DNA from: Acidobacteriota bacterium
GTDB taxonomy: Bacteria > Acidobacteriota > Vicinamibacteria > Vicinamibacterales > 2-12-FULL-66-21
Direction of reading: 5' to 3'
NCBI GenBank assembly: GCA_020200195.1
Contig: JAIVJE010000291.1
Location: 1 to 41,642, forward strand
DNA: 41,642 nt
The translations under genes and the position numbers were made by a program. This document shows positions 1 to 7,462 of the stretch, one piece after another (positions within the stretch are counted from its first letter, which is position 1; every line of letters begins with the position of its first letter). The notes below the pieces were generated by a model. The model worked only from the letters and a program-made list of their open reading frames with translations, was not told where the DNA came from and did no database searches.

Positions 1-384
1 GAGAAAGATCGCGGAGAGTTTGTGCTTCCGCACGGTGTCCGTCGCCTTTTTGACGCGCGCCCGACCGACGTGCGCGAGGGTGATCCCGATGACCATGCCC
101 AACACGTGCTCGACGGCCCAGAACCGCAAACCGGAGTTCTGCATCGCCGCCCCGAAGTCCGCCATTGCCTGCCGGGTGAACGGGCTGAGCGCGAAATACA
201 ACAGCAGGCCGAGGAGCATCTGCAGGTCCAGCAGCATCGCGAACCAGTAGCTCGCGCGGTCGTCCGCCGGCAGCCACGGCCGCCGTCCCGTCCAGCCGCC
301 CAACGCGCGAACGACGGCGACGACACCCACGATCAGCACGGCCCACCGCAGCCAGGAGTGCACCAGCAGAACGCCTGAATACAC
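1..384 (-). CDS. hypothetical polytopic membrane protein (partial; C-terminal part runs off the window start)
   Basis: Absent from the ORF track because there is no stop inside the window. The reverse complement of 1-384 is open from GTG at 384 and reads VYSGVLLVHSWLRWAVLIVGVVAVVRALGGW...FWAVEHVLGMVIGITLAHVG. It has several hydrophobic helices and G/C-rich third codon positions. Confidence 0.5.
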   Translation of the reverse strand, partial: MYSGVLLVHSWLRWAVLIVGVVAVVRALGGWTGRRPWLPADDRASYWFAMLLDLQMLLGLLLYFALSPFTRQAMADFGAAMQNSGLRFWAVEHVLGMVIGITLAHVGRARVKKATDTVRKHKLSAIFL

Positions 385-423
385 GCGGGCATTCTAGTCG
401 ATAGACAGTTGCGGTGGGCGTGC

Positions 424-711
424 TCATCCTGGATCAGGACTTCGAGAGAAACTCGCGACGTGGTGATTGAAGGCATCCGGCGCTTCCATGTTCAGCATGT
501 GGCCGACGCGCGGGATCCTGATCACGCGGGCGCCGATGACGCGATCCTCCAGCAGCTTCACGATGGTGTGGATGTCCGGCACGTCACGCTCGCCAACCAG
601 CACGAGGAGCGGACGTTTGATCTCGGCGAGACGCTGCACAGCCGGCGGCGACTCGAACCGCTCGTAGTCCGTCACCTTCCAGATGTCCTCGGCATGGCGC
701 CATGTGTGCAC
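424..711 (-). pseudogene. alpha/beta-hydrolase C-terminal fragment (about 95 aa only)
   Basis: The translation ends with the typical alpha/beta-fold C-terminus: RPLLVLVGERDVP (acid-residue strand), then IPRVGHMLNMEAPDAF (catalytic His region). An in-frame TAA lies at 775-777 just upstream. No minus-strand ORF in 712-1078 supplies the nucleophile-containing N-terminal half. Confidence 0.6.
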
Positions 712-850
712 TCCTCGGAGTCCTGCTGGTCGAGATCCTCGCCGTCGGCCTGTGCAAGATTCCGTTACGTGTACTTACCTACCGGGACGCTCACGCATTC
801 GTACGCTGTGGCCGTTCTACCTCACAGGATTTCACGACCTACGCCTACTC

Positions 851-1070
851 GATGGCGTCGCTCGAGGTTCGCGTGCTCGATAGTCGTCCGCAGCTGGTCG
901 CGTTCGGTGTGGCGATCTGCGTGGCGATCGGGCTGGCCACGCTCGCGCGGGCCCGCTTTCTCCGCAACTCACAGGGGCTGCGGTTCGAAGAAGAAGATCC
1001 CGACGCAATCTTCGAGGGATTCAAACTCAGTGAGGGACTCGCCGCGTCGGCGCCCGCGCGCGGTGATTGA
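851..1070 (+). CDS. hypothetical small protein with one predicted TM helix (weak call)
   Basis: ATG-initiated part of ORF 702..1070: MASLEVRVLDSRPQLVAFGVAICVAIGLATLARARF... Third codon positions are mostly G/C, but I recognise no family motif. Confidence 0.2.
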
Positions 1071-1081
1071 CACTGCTGTCA
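1068..1081. promoter_or_regulatory. palindrome TGACA-CTGC-TGTCA about 22 nt upstream of padR; possible operator
   Basis: tgacactgctgtca read directly, followed by ttttgatactaat (a -10-like TACTAAT) and the padR ATG at 1103. PadR regulators commonly autoregulate through palindromic operators. No binding consensus was verified. Confidence 0.2.
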
Positions 1082-1102
1082 TTTTGATACTAATCTCCCG
1101 CC

Positions 1103-1471
1103 ATGGGCCGGCTCCTCTCCCGCTCGGATGTTGACAGCCACCTTCCTCTGAAACCGCTCGTGTTCCAGGTACTCCTCGCGCTCGCCGACGGCGAGCGGCA
1201 CGGATGGAGTCTCGTCCGCGACATGCGGCAGAGGGGCACCTTCGGCGAAATCATGCCGGGCAACTTCTATCGCACGCTGCGCACCATGCTGGCCGACGGC
1301 CTGATCGAAGAGTCCCCCGAACGGCCCGCGCCGGTTGCCGACGACGAGCGCCGGCGGTACTTCAGGCTTACGGGGCTCGGCCGGCACGTGGGCGCCGCGG
1401 AGGCCAGACGGCTGGAGGCCGTCGTGCACGAAGCACGAACCAAGCGTCTTCTCGTGAAATCCCGGAGCTGA
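1103..1471 (+). CDS. PadR-family transcriptional regulator
   Basis: 122 aa with a winged-helix PadR signature: [26 protein letters not shown]...[18 protein letters not shown]...[11 protein letters not shown]. It sits 2 nt upstream of an ADOP-type permease, the usual acidobacterial pairing. Confidence 0.9.
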   Translation: MGRLLSRSDVDSHLPLKPLVFQVLLALADGERHGWSLVRDMRQRGTFGEIMPGNFYRTLRTMLADGLIEESPERPAPVADDERRRYFRLTGLGRHVGAAEARRLEAVVHEARTKRLLVKSRS

Positions 1472-1473
1472 CG

Positions 1474-3841
1474 ATGTACCGGTTCATTCTGCTCGCCTTC
1501 CCCCGGCGGATACGCCGCGAGTTCGGCGAGGAGATGACACGGATGTTCGAGACGCAGCTCCGCGAGACGCGTGCCGCCGGTCGCAGCGTTGCACGGTTGT
1601 GGCTCCTCGCGGTCGTCGACGCGCTGGTGCACGGCACCGCCGAGCGGCTGGCCGCACTGCGACAGCAGAGCCGCGGTTTAATCCATGAAATTCGGCGCTG
1701 GAGGTGGTGGATGCACGCGTTCAGACAGGACCTGCGCTATGCAATGCGGCTGCTCATCAGCCAGCCGGGCATCACGATCATTGCCGTGCTGACGCTTGCG
1801 CTGGGTATCGGCGCGAACACCGCCATCTTCTCCGCCGTCGACACACTGCTGCTGCGCGCACTCCCATACAAGGATCCGGACAGCCTCGTCATGGTCTGGG
1901 AGAAGCGCCACACCGAGGGCGTGCTCGACAACGTCGTCGCGCCGGCTGACTACCTGGACTGGGCGCGCATGCAGACGTCGTTCGAACACATCGCCGGGAT
2001 GACATCGATGACAGCCGACCTGACGGGTGCTGGTGAGCCGGTTCGTCTGTTCGCTGGAGCGGTGTCGCCGGCGTTCTTTGACGTGTTCGACGTCCGTCCT
2101 GCACTCGGACGCACCTTCCGTCCGGACGAAGCCACGGTCGGCCGGCATCGCGTCGTCATCCTGGGGCATCCCTTGTGGGTGCAGCGTTTTGGTTCCGATC
2201 CCGCGGTCGTGGGCCGGAAGATCTCGCTGAACGGGATTCCGCATGACGTCGTCGGCGTGCTGCCTGCGACGTTCGAGTTTCCGGACTCCGACCTCGAGTT
2301 GTGGGGGCCGTTGGCGCTCGAAGGCGGGAAGCAGCCGCCGCCGCGGACCAATCACTTCCTCAATGTGTACGGGCGGCTCAAGCCGGGCATCACGCTTCAG
2401 CAGGCGCGCGCCGACATGGATAGAGTCGGCGCGGCGCTGTCCGCGCAGTATCCGGAGTCGAACCGGAACCACGGCGCCCACGTCTCGCCGCTGCGCGACG
2501 AGCTTACGGAGCCGTTCAAGTCCGGCCTTCTTCTGCTGCTGGGAGCCGTCGCCTTCGTGCTGCTCATCGCTTGTGTCAACGTGGCGAACCTGCTGCTCGC
2601 AAAAGCCGCGTCACGCCGCCGCGAGATGGCGGTGCGCGCCGCGCTCGGCGCGGGCCGCGCACGCATGGCGGGGCAAGCGCTCACCGAAAGCCTGCTGCTC
2701 GGCGTCCTCGGCGGCGCCGCGGGGCTGCTGGTCGCACGCTGGGGCATCGATGTCCTTCGGCAGCTGGCACCGGCGAACGTCCCCGTGCTCGGAATCGATC
2801 ACATCGGGCTGGATGCCCGAGTATTGATCTTCACGCTGATCCTGTCGATCGCCACCAGTCTGCTGTTCGGGTTACTACCGGCCTGGCAGTCTCGCGTCGA
2901 TACCCGGTGTGCGTTCCGTCGGCGGAACCAGTCACCTGCCGCTCAGCACGCAGGACTCCCGCACCGGCGTCGCGATCGAGGGTCGCGAGCCGACTCCGGA
3001 CGTTCCCACGCGCGCGCACCCCCGCGCGGTCACGCTCGACTACTTCCGGACGATGGGCATTCCCTTGCTGGAGGGGCGCAACTTCACAGCCGGAGACCAC
3101 AGCGAGTCGCAGTTCGTCATCATCGTCAACGAGACAATGGCCAAACGGTACTGGGCGGGAACGTCTCCTGTCGGAAAGCGCGTGCTCATGGGCGGCGGAC
3201 GCGCCTGGCGGGAGGTCGTTGGCGTCGTTCGCGACGTGAAGCACTGGGGGCTCGAACGGTCCGCCAACCCGGAGATGTATCTGCCTCAGCGGCAGATGGT
3301 GTTTCAGAGTCTCAATTTCATCCTGCGTACGGACGGGGACCCGTCCTCGGTTGCTGGCGCCGTTCGAGAACAGCTTCGCGCGGTCGATGCAGACCTGCCG
3401 CTCTCCAATGTGCGAACCATGGAGGAAGTTGCGGCGCGCTCAGTGGCGTCACGACGCGCCGGGATGATAGTGCTGGGGATCTTCGGCGTGCTGGCGCTCG
3501 TCCTCGCCGCCGCCGGGATTTACGGCGTCATGGCGCATCTGGTGGCGCTCCGCACCCCGGAAATCGGCGTGCGGATGACGCTCGGGGCGCAGCCGCGCGA
3601 CGTGATGCGGTTGATACTTCGGGAAGGCGTCCTTCAGGCGGTGATCGGCCTCGCGATCGGGCTTACCGGCGCGGTCCTGCTGATGCGCGCATTCCGCGCG
3701 ATGCTGTATCACGTCAGCCCGGCCGATCCGGTCACGCTGGCGGCGGTCGCGGTGATCCTGATCGGCACGGCGCTCGTCGCCTGTTTCGTTCCAGCTCGCC
3801 GCGCGATGCGGGTTGACCCGGTGCAGGCACTTAGGAAATAG
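1474..3841 (+). pseudogene. ADOP-type duplicated MacB/FtsX-like permease, disrupted by an internal deletion plus frame change near 2890-2910
   Basis: Frame 1 from ATG 1474 gives [10 protein letters not shown]...[38 protein letters not shown], then the first periplasmic domain and first FtsX block, ending ...[12 protein letters not shown]. The sense reading then jumps to the 2909 frame: (LASIPG)[13 protein letters not shown]...GVAIEGREP..., through the second FtsX block to ...[14 protein letters not shown]. The segment normally between these two points (TM5 and the start of the second periplasmic domain, about 90-100 aa) is missing. After 2896 frame 1 becomes Arg-rich nonsense. Confidence 0.75.
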
Positions 3842-3870
3842 CTCGCAGCCGACAGCTGTCAGCTCGCAGC
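3841..3870. repeat. 9-nt direct repeat GCTCGCAGC (3841-3849, 3862-3870) flanking the perfect palindrome GACAGCTGTC (3851-3860) between convergent genes
   Basis: Read directly from the sequence. It lies between the permease stop (3841) and the amidohydrolase stop (3876). It may act as a bidirectional terminator or be a simple-repeat element. Confidence 0.4.
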
Positions 3871-3875
3871 AAGGC

Positions 3876-5501
3876 TCACTGCTGGCTAGTGGTGCTTTTG
3901 GGCGCTCGCTTCTGCTTTTCAACGATCGCGGCAACGTCGGCCAGCAGTTGCTTTGCGTCGTAGACGATGCCGTCCTTGACGGTGTACTTGACGCCGCCGA
4001 CGCGCTCCGGCTTACCGGTTTTGTCGTTCAGCCGGACTGCGCCGGTGCCATACAGGACCTTGAAGTTCTGCAGAGGGTTCTGGTCGACGATGACGAGATC
4101 CGCGAGGAGCCCGGACCGGACCATGCCGAACTCCGGCGCTTTGCCCGAGGGATCCGCGAGCGTGAGCGCGCCGTTCATCGTGGCGGACTGAATCACTTCC
4201 AGCGGGTGAAAGCCCGCTTCCTGCAGCATCTCCAACTCGTTGATGAACCCGAAGCCGTAGGTCTGATAGATGAAGCCTGAGTCGGACCCGGTCGTCACGC
4301 GTCCGCCCATCTTCTTGTAATCGTTCATCAGCTTGAACCACACCTGGTAGAAGTTGCGCCAGGCGACTTCGTCTTCGGTGGTCCAGTCGTACCAGTACGC
4401 CCCATGGTTCGAGCGGCTGGGCTCGTAGAATGCCATCAACGACGGCAGCGTGTACTTGTCGTGCCAGTCCGCGTTCCGGAACTTCATGACGTCGCGGCCG
4501 GCCGAATAGATCGTCAACGTGGGATCGAACGTCGTCCCGAGCTCGAGATGTTCCTGAAGGTAGGCTTTCCATTCGGGGCTTCCGGGCTCGTGAATCTTGT
4601 CCCAGAGCCGGGCGACCTGGCCGAAGCGCCATTGCTCGTCGCTCGCATTCATGTCCACCGGCCACGGCTGCACGACATGGTCCTTCAGCAGGGATTCGAA
4701 ATGGCCGTAGAAGTGCGTCACCGTCCCGAGCCCGAGACGCGCCGCTTTGATCGCGTTCATCTGCGCCACACCGCCCTGTTGCAGGTGTGCTGTGGTGCCA
4801 AGATTGAGGGACTTCGCGGTCTTCAGGAGCGCCGTCATGACCTCGGGGCGCTCCGCTCCGAGCTTCAATCCGTCGATCCCGTTCGCGGCGGCCCACTGCA
4901 CGTACGCCCGCGCCTTTTCCGGCGAATCGATGCTGCCCTGGTCCCATCCCGCGCCAGGTCGCTGATAGTTGAAGATGCGCGGCGCAACAATCTCGTTTTT
5001 CGCGCTGCGTCCCTTCTCCTTGACAGTCAAGTCGTTGCCTGCCATGGGCACACCGCGGACCGTCGTGACGCCGTGCGCCAGCCACAGCTTGTACGCATAC
5101 TCCGCCTCAGCGTTTTTCGGTGCGCCGCCCGCATGGACGTGGAGGTCGACAAACCCCGGCATCACATACATCCCGGTCGCGTCCACCTCGTGGTCGGCCT
5201 TGGGATCCCGGTTCGCGCGCATCGGCAGGCCGGGAGTGCCGGCGCCGCGGACCGCGGTGATCCGGTTGCCCTGAATCACGATGTCGACCGGACCGTGCGG
5301 CGGTCCGCCGGTGCCATCTATCAGCATGGCTCCGCGAACGACGAGCGTCTTGAAAGGCCCTTTACCCTCATCCGCGCGCCGGTTCGGCGCGGGCGTCAGG
5401 CTCTCGCGCGATTCCTGTGGGGCAGTCCGCGCGGCAGCAGGTTGCTGGGCCGCGACCGGGTGGGGGGGCGGTGACCGCGCTCGGGATCGGAGCGAACGCA
5501 A
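3876..5501 (-). CDS. amidohydrolase-family metallo-hydrolase (start uncertain, TTG at 5501)
   Basis: 541-aa ORF. N-terminal beta-strand LVVRGAMLIDGTGG, metal-binding PGFVDLHVHAGG (HxH), and a C-terminal GSDSG...LADLVIVDQNPL pattern typical of amidohydrolase-fold dipeptidase/imidazolonepropionase-like enzymes. Confidence 0.85.
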   Translation of the reverse strand: MRSLRSRARSPPPHPVAAQQPAAARTAPQESRESLTPAPNRRADEGKGPFKTLVVRGAMLIDGTGGPPHGPVDIVIQGNRITAVRGAGTPGLPMRANRDPKADHEVDATGMYVMPGFVDLHVHAGGAPKNAEAEYAYKLWLAHGVTTVRGVPMAGNDLTVKEKGRSAKNEIVAPRIFNYQRPGAGWDQGSIDSPEKARAYVQWAAANGIDGLKLGAERPEVMTALLKTAKSLNLGTTAHLQQGGVAQMNAIKAARLGLGTVTHFYGHFESLLKDHVVQPWPVDMNASDEQWRFGQVARLWDKIHEPGSPEWKAYLQEHLELGTTFDPTLTIYSAGRDVMKFRNADWHDKYTLPSLMAFYEPSRSNHGAYWYDWTTEDEVAWRNFYQVWFKLMNDYKKMGGRVTTGSDSGFIYQTYGFGFINELEMLQEAGFHPLEVIQSATMNGALTLADPSGKAPEFGMVRSGLLADLVIVDQNPLQNFKVLYGTGAVRLNDKTGKPERVGGVKYTVKDGIVYDAKQLLADVAAIVEKQKRAPKSTTSQQ

Positions 5502-5572
5502 CGGTGTTCAGCGTGGGCACAGGCTGGTAGGGAGCGTGCGGACTGCGTATCAGAGCGCCTCGTGCCCGAAAA

Positions 5573-5622
5573 GGGGACAGCCACCTTTCCTGGTGCCTGA
5601 CGCGGAAAAGGTGGCAGTCCCC
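5573..5622. repeat. REP-like palindromic element: GGGGACAGCCACCTTT (5573-5588), 18-nt loop, AAAGGTGGCAGTCCCC (5607-5622)
   Basis: 15/16 complementary arms read directly. On the minus strand the hairpin is followed by CTTTTC, downstream of the PAP2-like gene stop (5715). The same 16-mer recurs three times at 20162-20251. Confidence 0.7.
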
Positions 5623-5714
5623 TGTTTGGCACACGCCAGGTTTTCTTCGTGATCGTCGTGTCTTCGTGGTCCTCGTGTTCCGGCCGTCGGCACGGTCGCT
5701 GTCCTTCAACGACA

Positions 5715-6491
5715 CTACCGCATCACCATCGCCACGACGATCGCAACCACCCACCCCGCGATCACGTCGGCGGCGTAATGATAGCGCCCCAAAACCGTCC
5801 CGGCAGAGATCGCAGCGGCGTTGAAGAACATCCAAATCACGAGCACCGAAGGAGCGCCGACAACGAGGAACGCCGAGGCGAGCGCTTCGGCGGCATGACC
5901 GCTGGGAAAGGTGTTCACCTGAATGCTTGCGCTGCCCAGCAGTCCGAGATTGACGCGGCGAAACCGCGCCTGCCACGGCGGCTCGGTTTCGATCGCGCGG
6001 GGAGGCCGCGTCTGGACCCACGGCAACATGCCGAAGCAGATGTAGTCGGTGACGAGAATGACAGACCAGAACCGCTCAGGATCGGCGCCCGGCACGAACG
6101 CCATCGATATCGCCAGCGCCAGCGGAATGGTCGGATACACCCACGCGTACGCGAGCTCGAGGAACTCCGCCATCCAAGGCGGAGTGCGGGCAGCCACGTC
6201 CTGGATTCCCAATGCCCGGTCCACAGCGGCGAGTGCGCGCTCGGCTGTGGGCATCGGCCTGACGAACAGGCGGCCGCTGGCCCAGTACGCGGTGAGCAGC
6301 GCCATGGGAGGCATCACCCAATCCATGAGGATAAAATTCGCCGTTCGGCTGGCGGCAGCCGTGATCGCGAGGCCCGCGACGGCGCCACACATTGCCTGCA
6401 TGCGCTTGCGCGACGGCAAGTGCGGCACGATCATCGCCACGATCGCGACGTAGACGAAGAACACGCCACTCGCGGCGATCCACGGACTCAT
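5715..6491 (-). CDS. PAP2-superfamily (acid phosphatase / phosphatidic acid phosphatase-like) integral membrane protein
   Basis: 258 aa and multi-TM. PAP2-like motifs in order: VQTRPPR, FPSGHAAEA (PSGH), GRYHYAADVIAG (RxxxxxHxxxD-like). Confidence 0.75.
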   Translation of the reverse strand: MSPWIAASGVFFVYVAIVAMIVPHLPSRKRMQAMCGAVAGLAITAAASRTANFILMDWVMPPMALLTAYWASGRLFVRPMPTAERALAAVDRALGIQDVAARTPPWMAEFLELAYAWVYPTIPLALAISMAFVPGADPERFWSVILVTDYICFGMLPWVQTRPPRAIETEPPWQARFRRVNLGLLGSASIQVNTFPSGHAAEALASAFLVVGAPSVLVIWMFFNAAAISAGTVLGRYHYAADVIAGWVVAIVVAMVMR

Positions 6492-6560
6492 CTGACCGAG
6501 TGCGCTGATAGCGAGATCCTCCCCTCACCTTCGTAAGGCGCAGCCGCGGCCGTTGCCGGC

Positions 6561-7439
6561 TCATCGACGCTCGCCAGGTTGCAGCAATGTCCCGAGGAAA
6601 TCGTCGGCCGCACGCCAGTACAGCGGCGGATTGACGATGTGAAGATCGTTGTGATCGGCGCCAGGAATGGTCACGAACGTCTTGCGTGCGGTGCGCGCCG
6701 CTTCGAACACTCGCCGGCCGGCGCTGAACGGCACGATCGAATCGGCATCGCCGTGCACGATGAGCAGTGGGCCTTCGTAGCCTTCCAGAAACCTGGTCGT
6801 CGGAAACCGGTAGGAGGAGAGGAAGCTCAACACCCACAAAACCGGGTTCGTTCGGAGCACCGACCGGACATCTGGCATGGGGCTTTCCAGAACGAGCGCG
6901 TCTGGCGCTACGCGTGATGCCGCGTACGCGGCAACGGGCGACCCGATGGATCGGCCCCAGTACACCACAGGCGTGCCGGCGCGCCGCAGCTGGCGGTTGA
7001 AGTGACGCACCGAGGCGTCGGCGTCGCGATAGAGTCCTCGTTCGCTGGCCGTCCCGGTGCTCTCGCCGTAACCCCGATAGTCGATCGCGAGTACGGACAA
7101 CCCGTGCCGGCGCAGATCGACGATGACGTCGAGCCACAGAGACAGGTTGCCGCCGTTGCCGTGGAAGAAGATCACCTGCCCGCGTGGCTCCGGATGCGAC
7201 AGCCACCACCCGTGAACCGTCTCGCCATCATCTGTCGGGATCAGGACGTCGGTGAACGCCAACCCGGCCGCCGCCGGCGTCGCCTGAATGCCACGAACCG
7301 GATAGAACGCCATCCTCGGCTCGAGCCACCCGACCAGCAGCGTGAGGACCCCGAGCGTCACGGCAAAAGCCACCAGTGTTTCGGCCATACGACGCACGAG
7401 CGATCGTGTCATGGCAGAAGGCGCGGCGCAAAAGGTCAT
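6561..7439 (-). CDS. alpha/beta hydrolase (ABHD12/13-like, N-terminal membrane anchor); alternative starts at 7412 or 7388
   Basis: FFHGNGGN oxyanion region, GRSIGS nucleophile elbow (GxSxG), LIVHGDADSIVP acid strand, PGADHND His. TM-like LVAFAVTLGVLTLLVGW near the N-terminus. Confidence 0.85.
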   Translation of the reverse strand: MTFCAAPSAMTRSLVRRMAETLVAFAVTLGVLTLLVGWLEPRMAFYPVRGIQATPAAAGLAFTDVLIPTDDGETVHGWWLSHPEPRGQVIFFHGNGGNLSLWLDVIVDLRRHGLSVLAIDYRGYGESTGTASERGLYRDADASVRHFNRQLRRAGTPVVYWGRSIGSPVAAYAASRVAPDALVLESPMPDVRSVLRTNPVLWVLSFLSSYRFPTTRFLEGYEGPLLIVHGDADSIVPFSAGRRVFEAARTARKTFVTIPGADHNDLHIVNPPLYWRAADDFLGTLLQPGERR

Positions 7440-7462
7440 GGGCGCGGTGCTATGCTGCGCGC

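Noticed and set aside
1204-3816. 870-aa ORF suggesting one giant gene overlapping padR
   Set aside because: The first 90 codons are the out-of-frame shadow of padR. The real permease starts at ATG 1474. After ~2896 the frame is Arg/Gly-rich nonsense, and the genuine continuation is in the 2909 frame.
4012-5474. Two long ORFs (4012..5085 minus, 4404..5474 plus) inside the amidohydrolase locus
   Set aside because: These are alternative-frame or antisense ORFs typical of GC-rich DNA, with Arg/Pro/Gly-rich composition. The 3876..5501 frame has the HxH amidohydrolase signature.
6076-7209. 377-aa minus-strand ORF spanning the PAP2 and alpha/beta-hydrolase genes
   Set aside because: It is out of frame with both well-supported genes and Arg-rich. 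Spurious.
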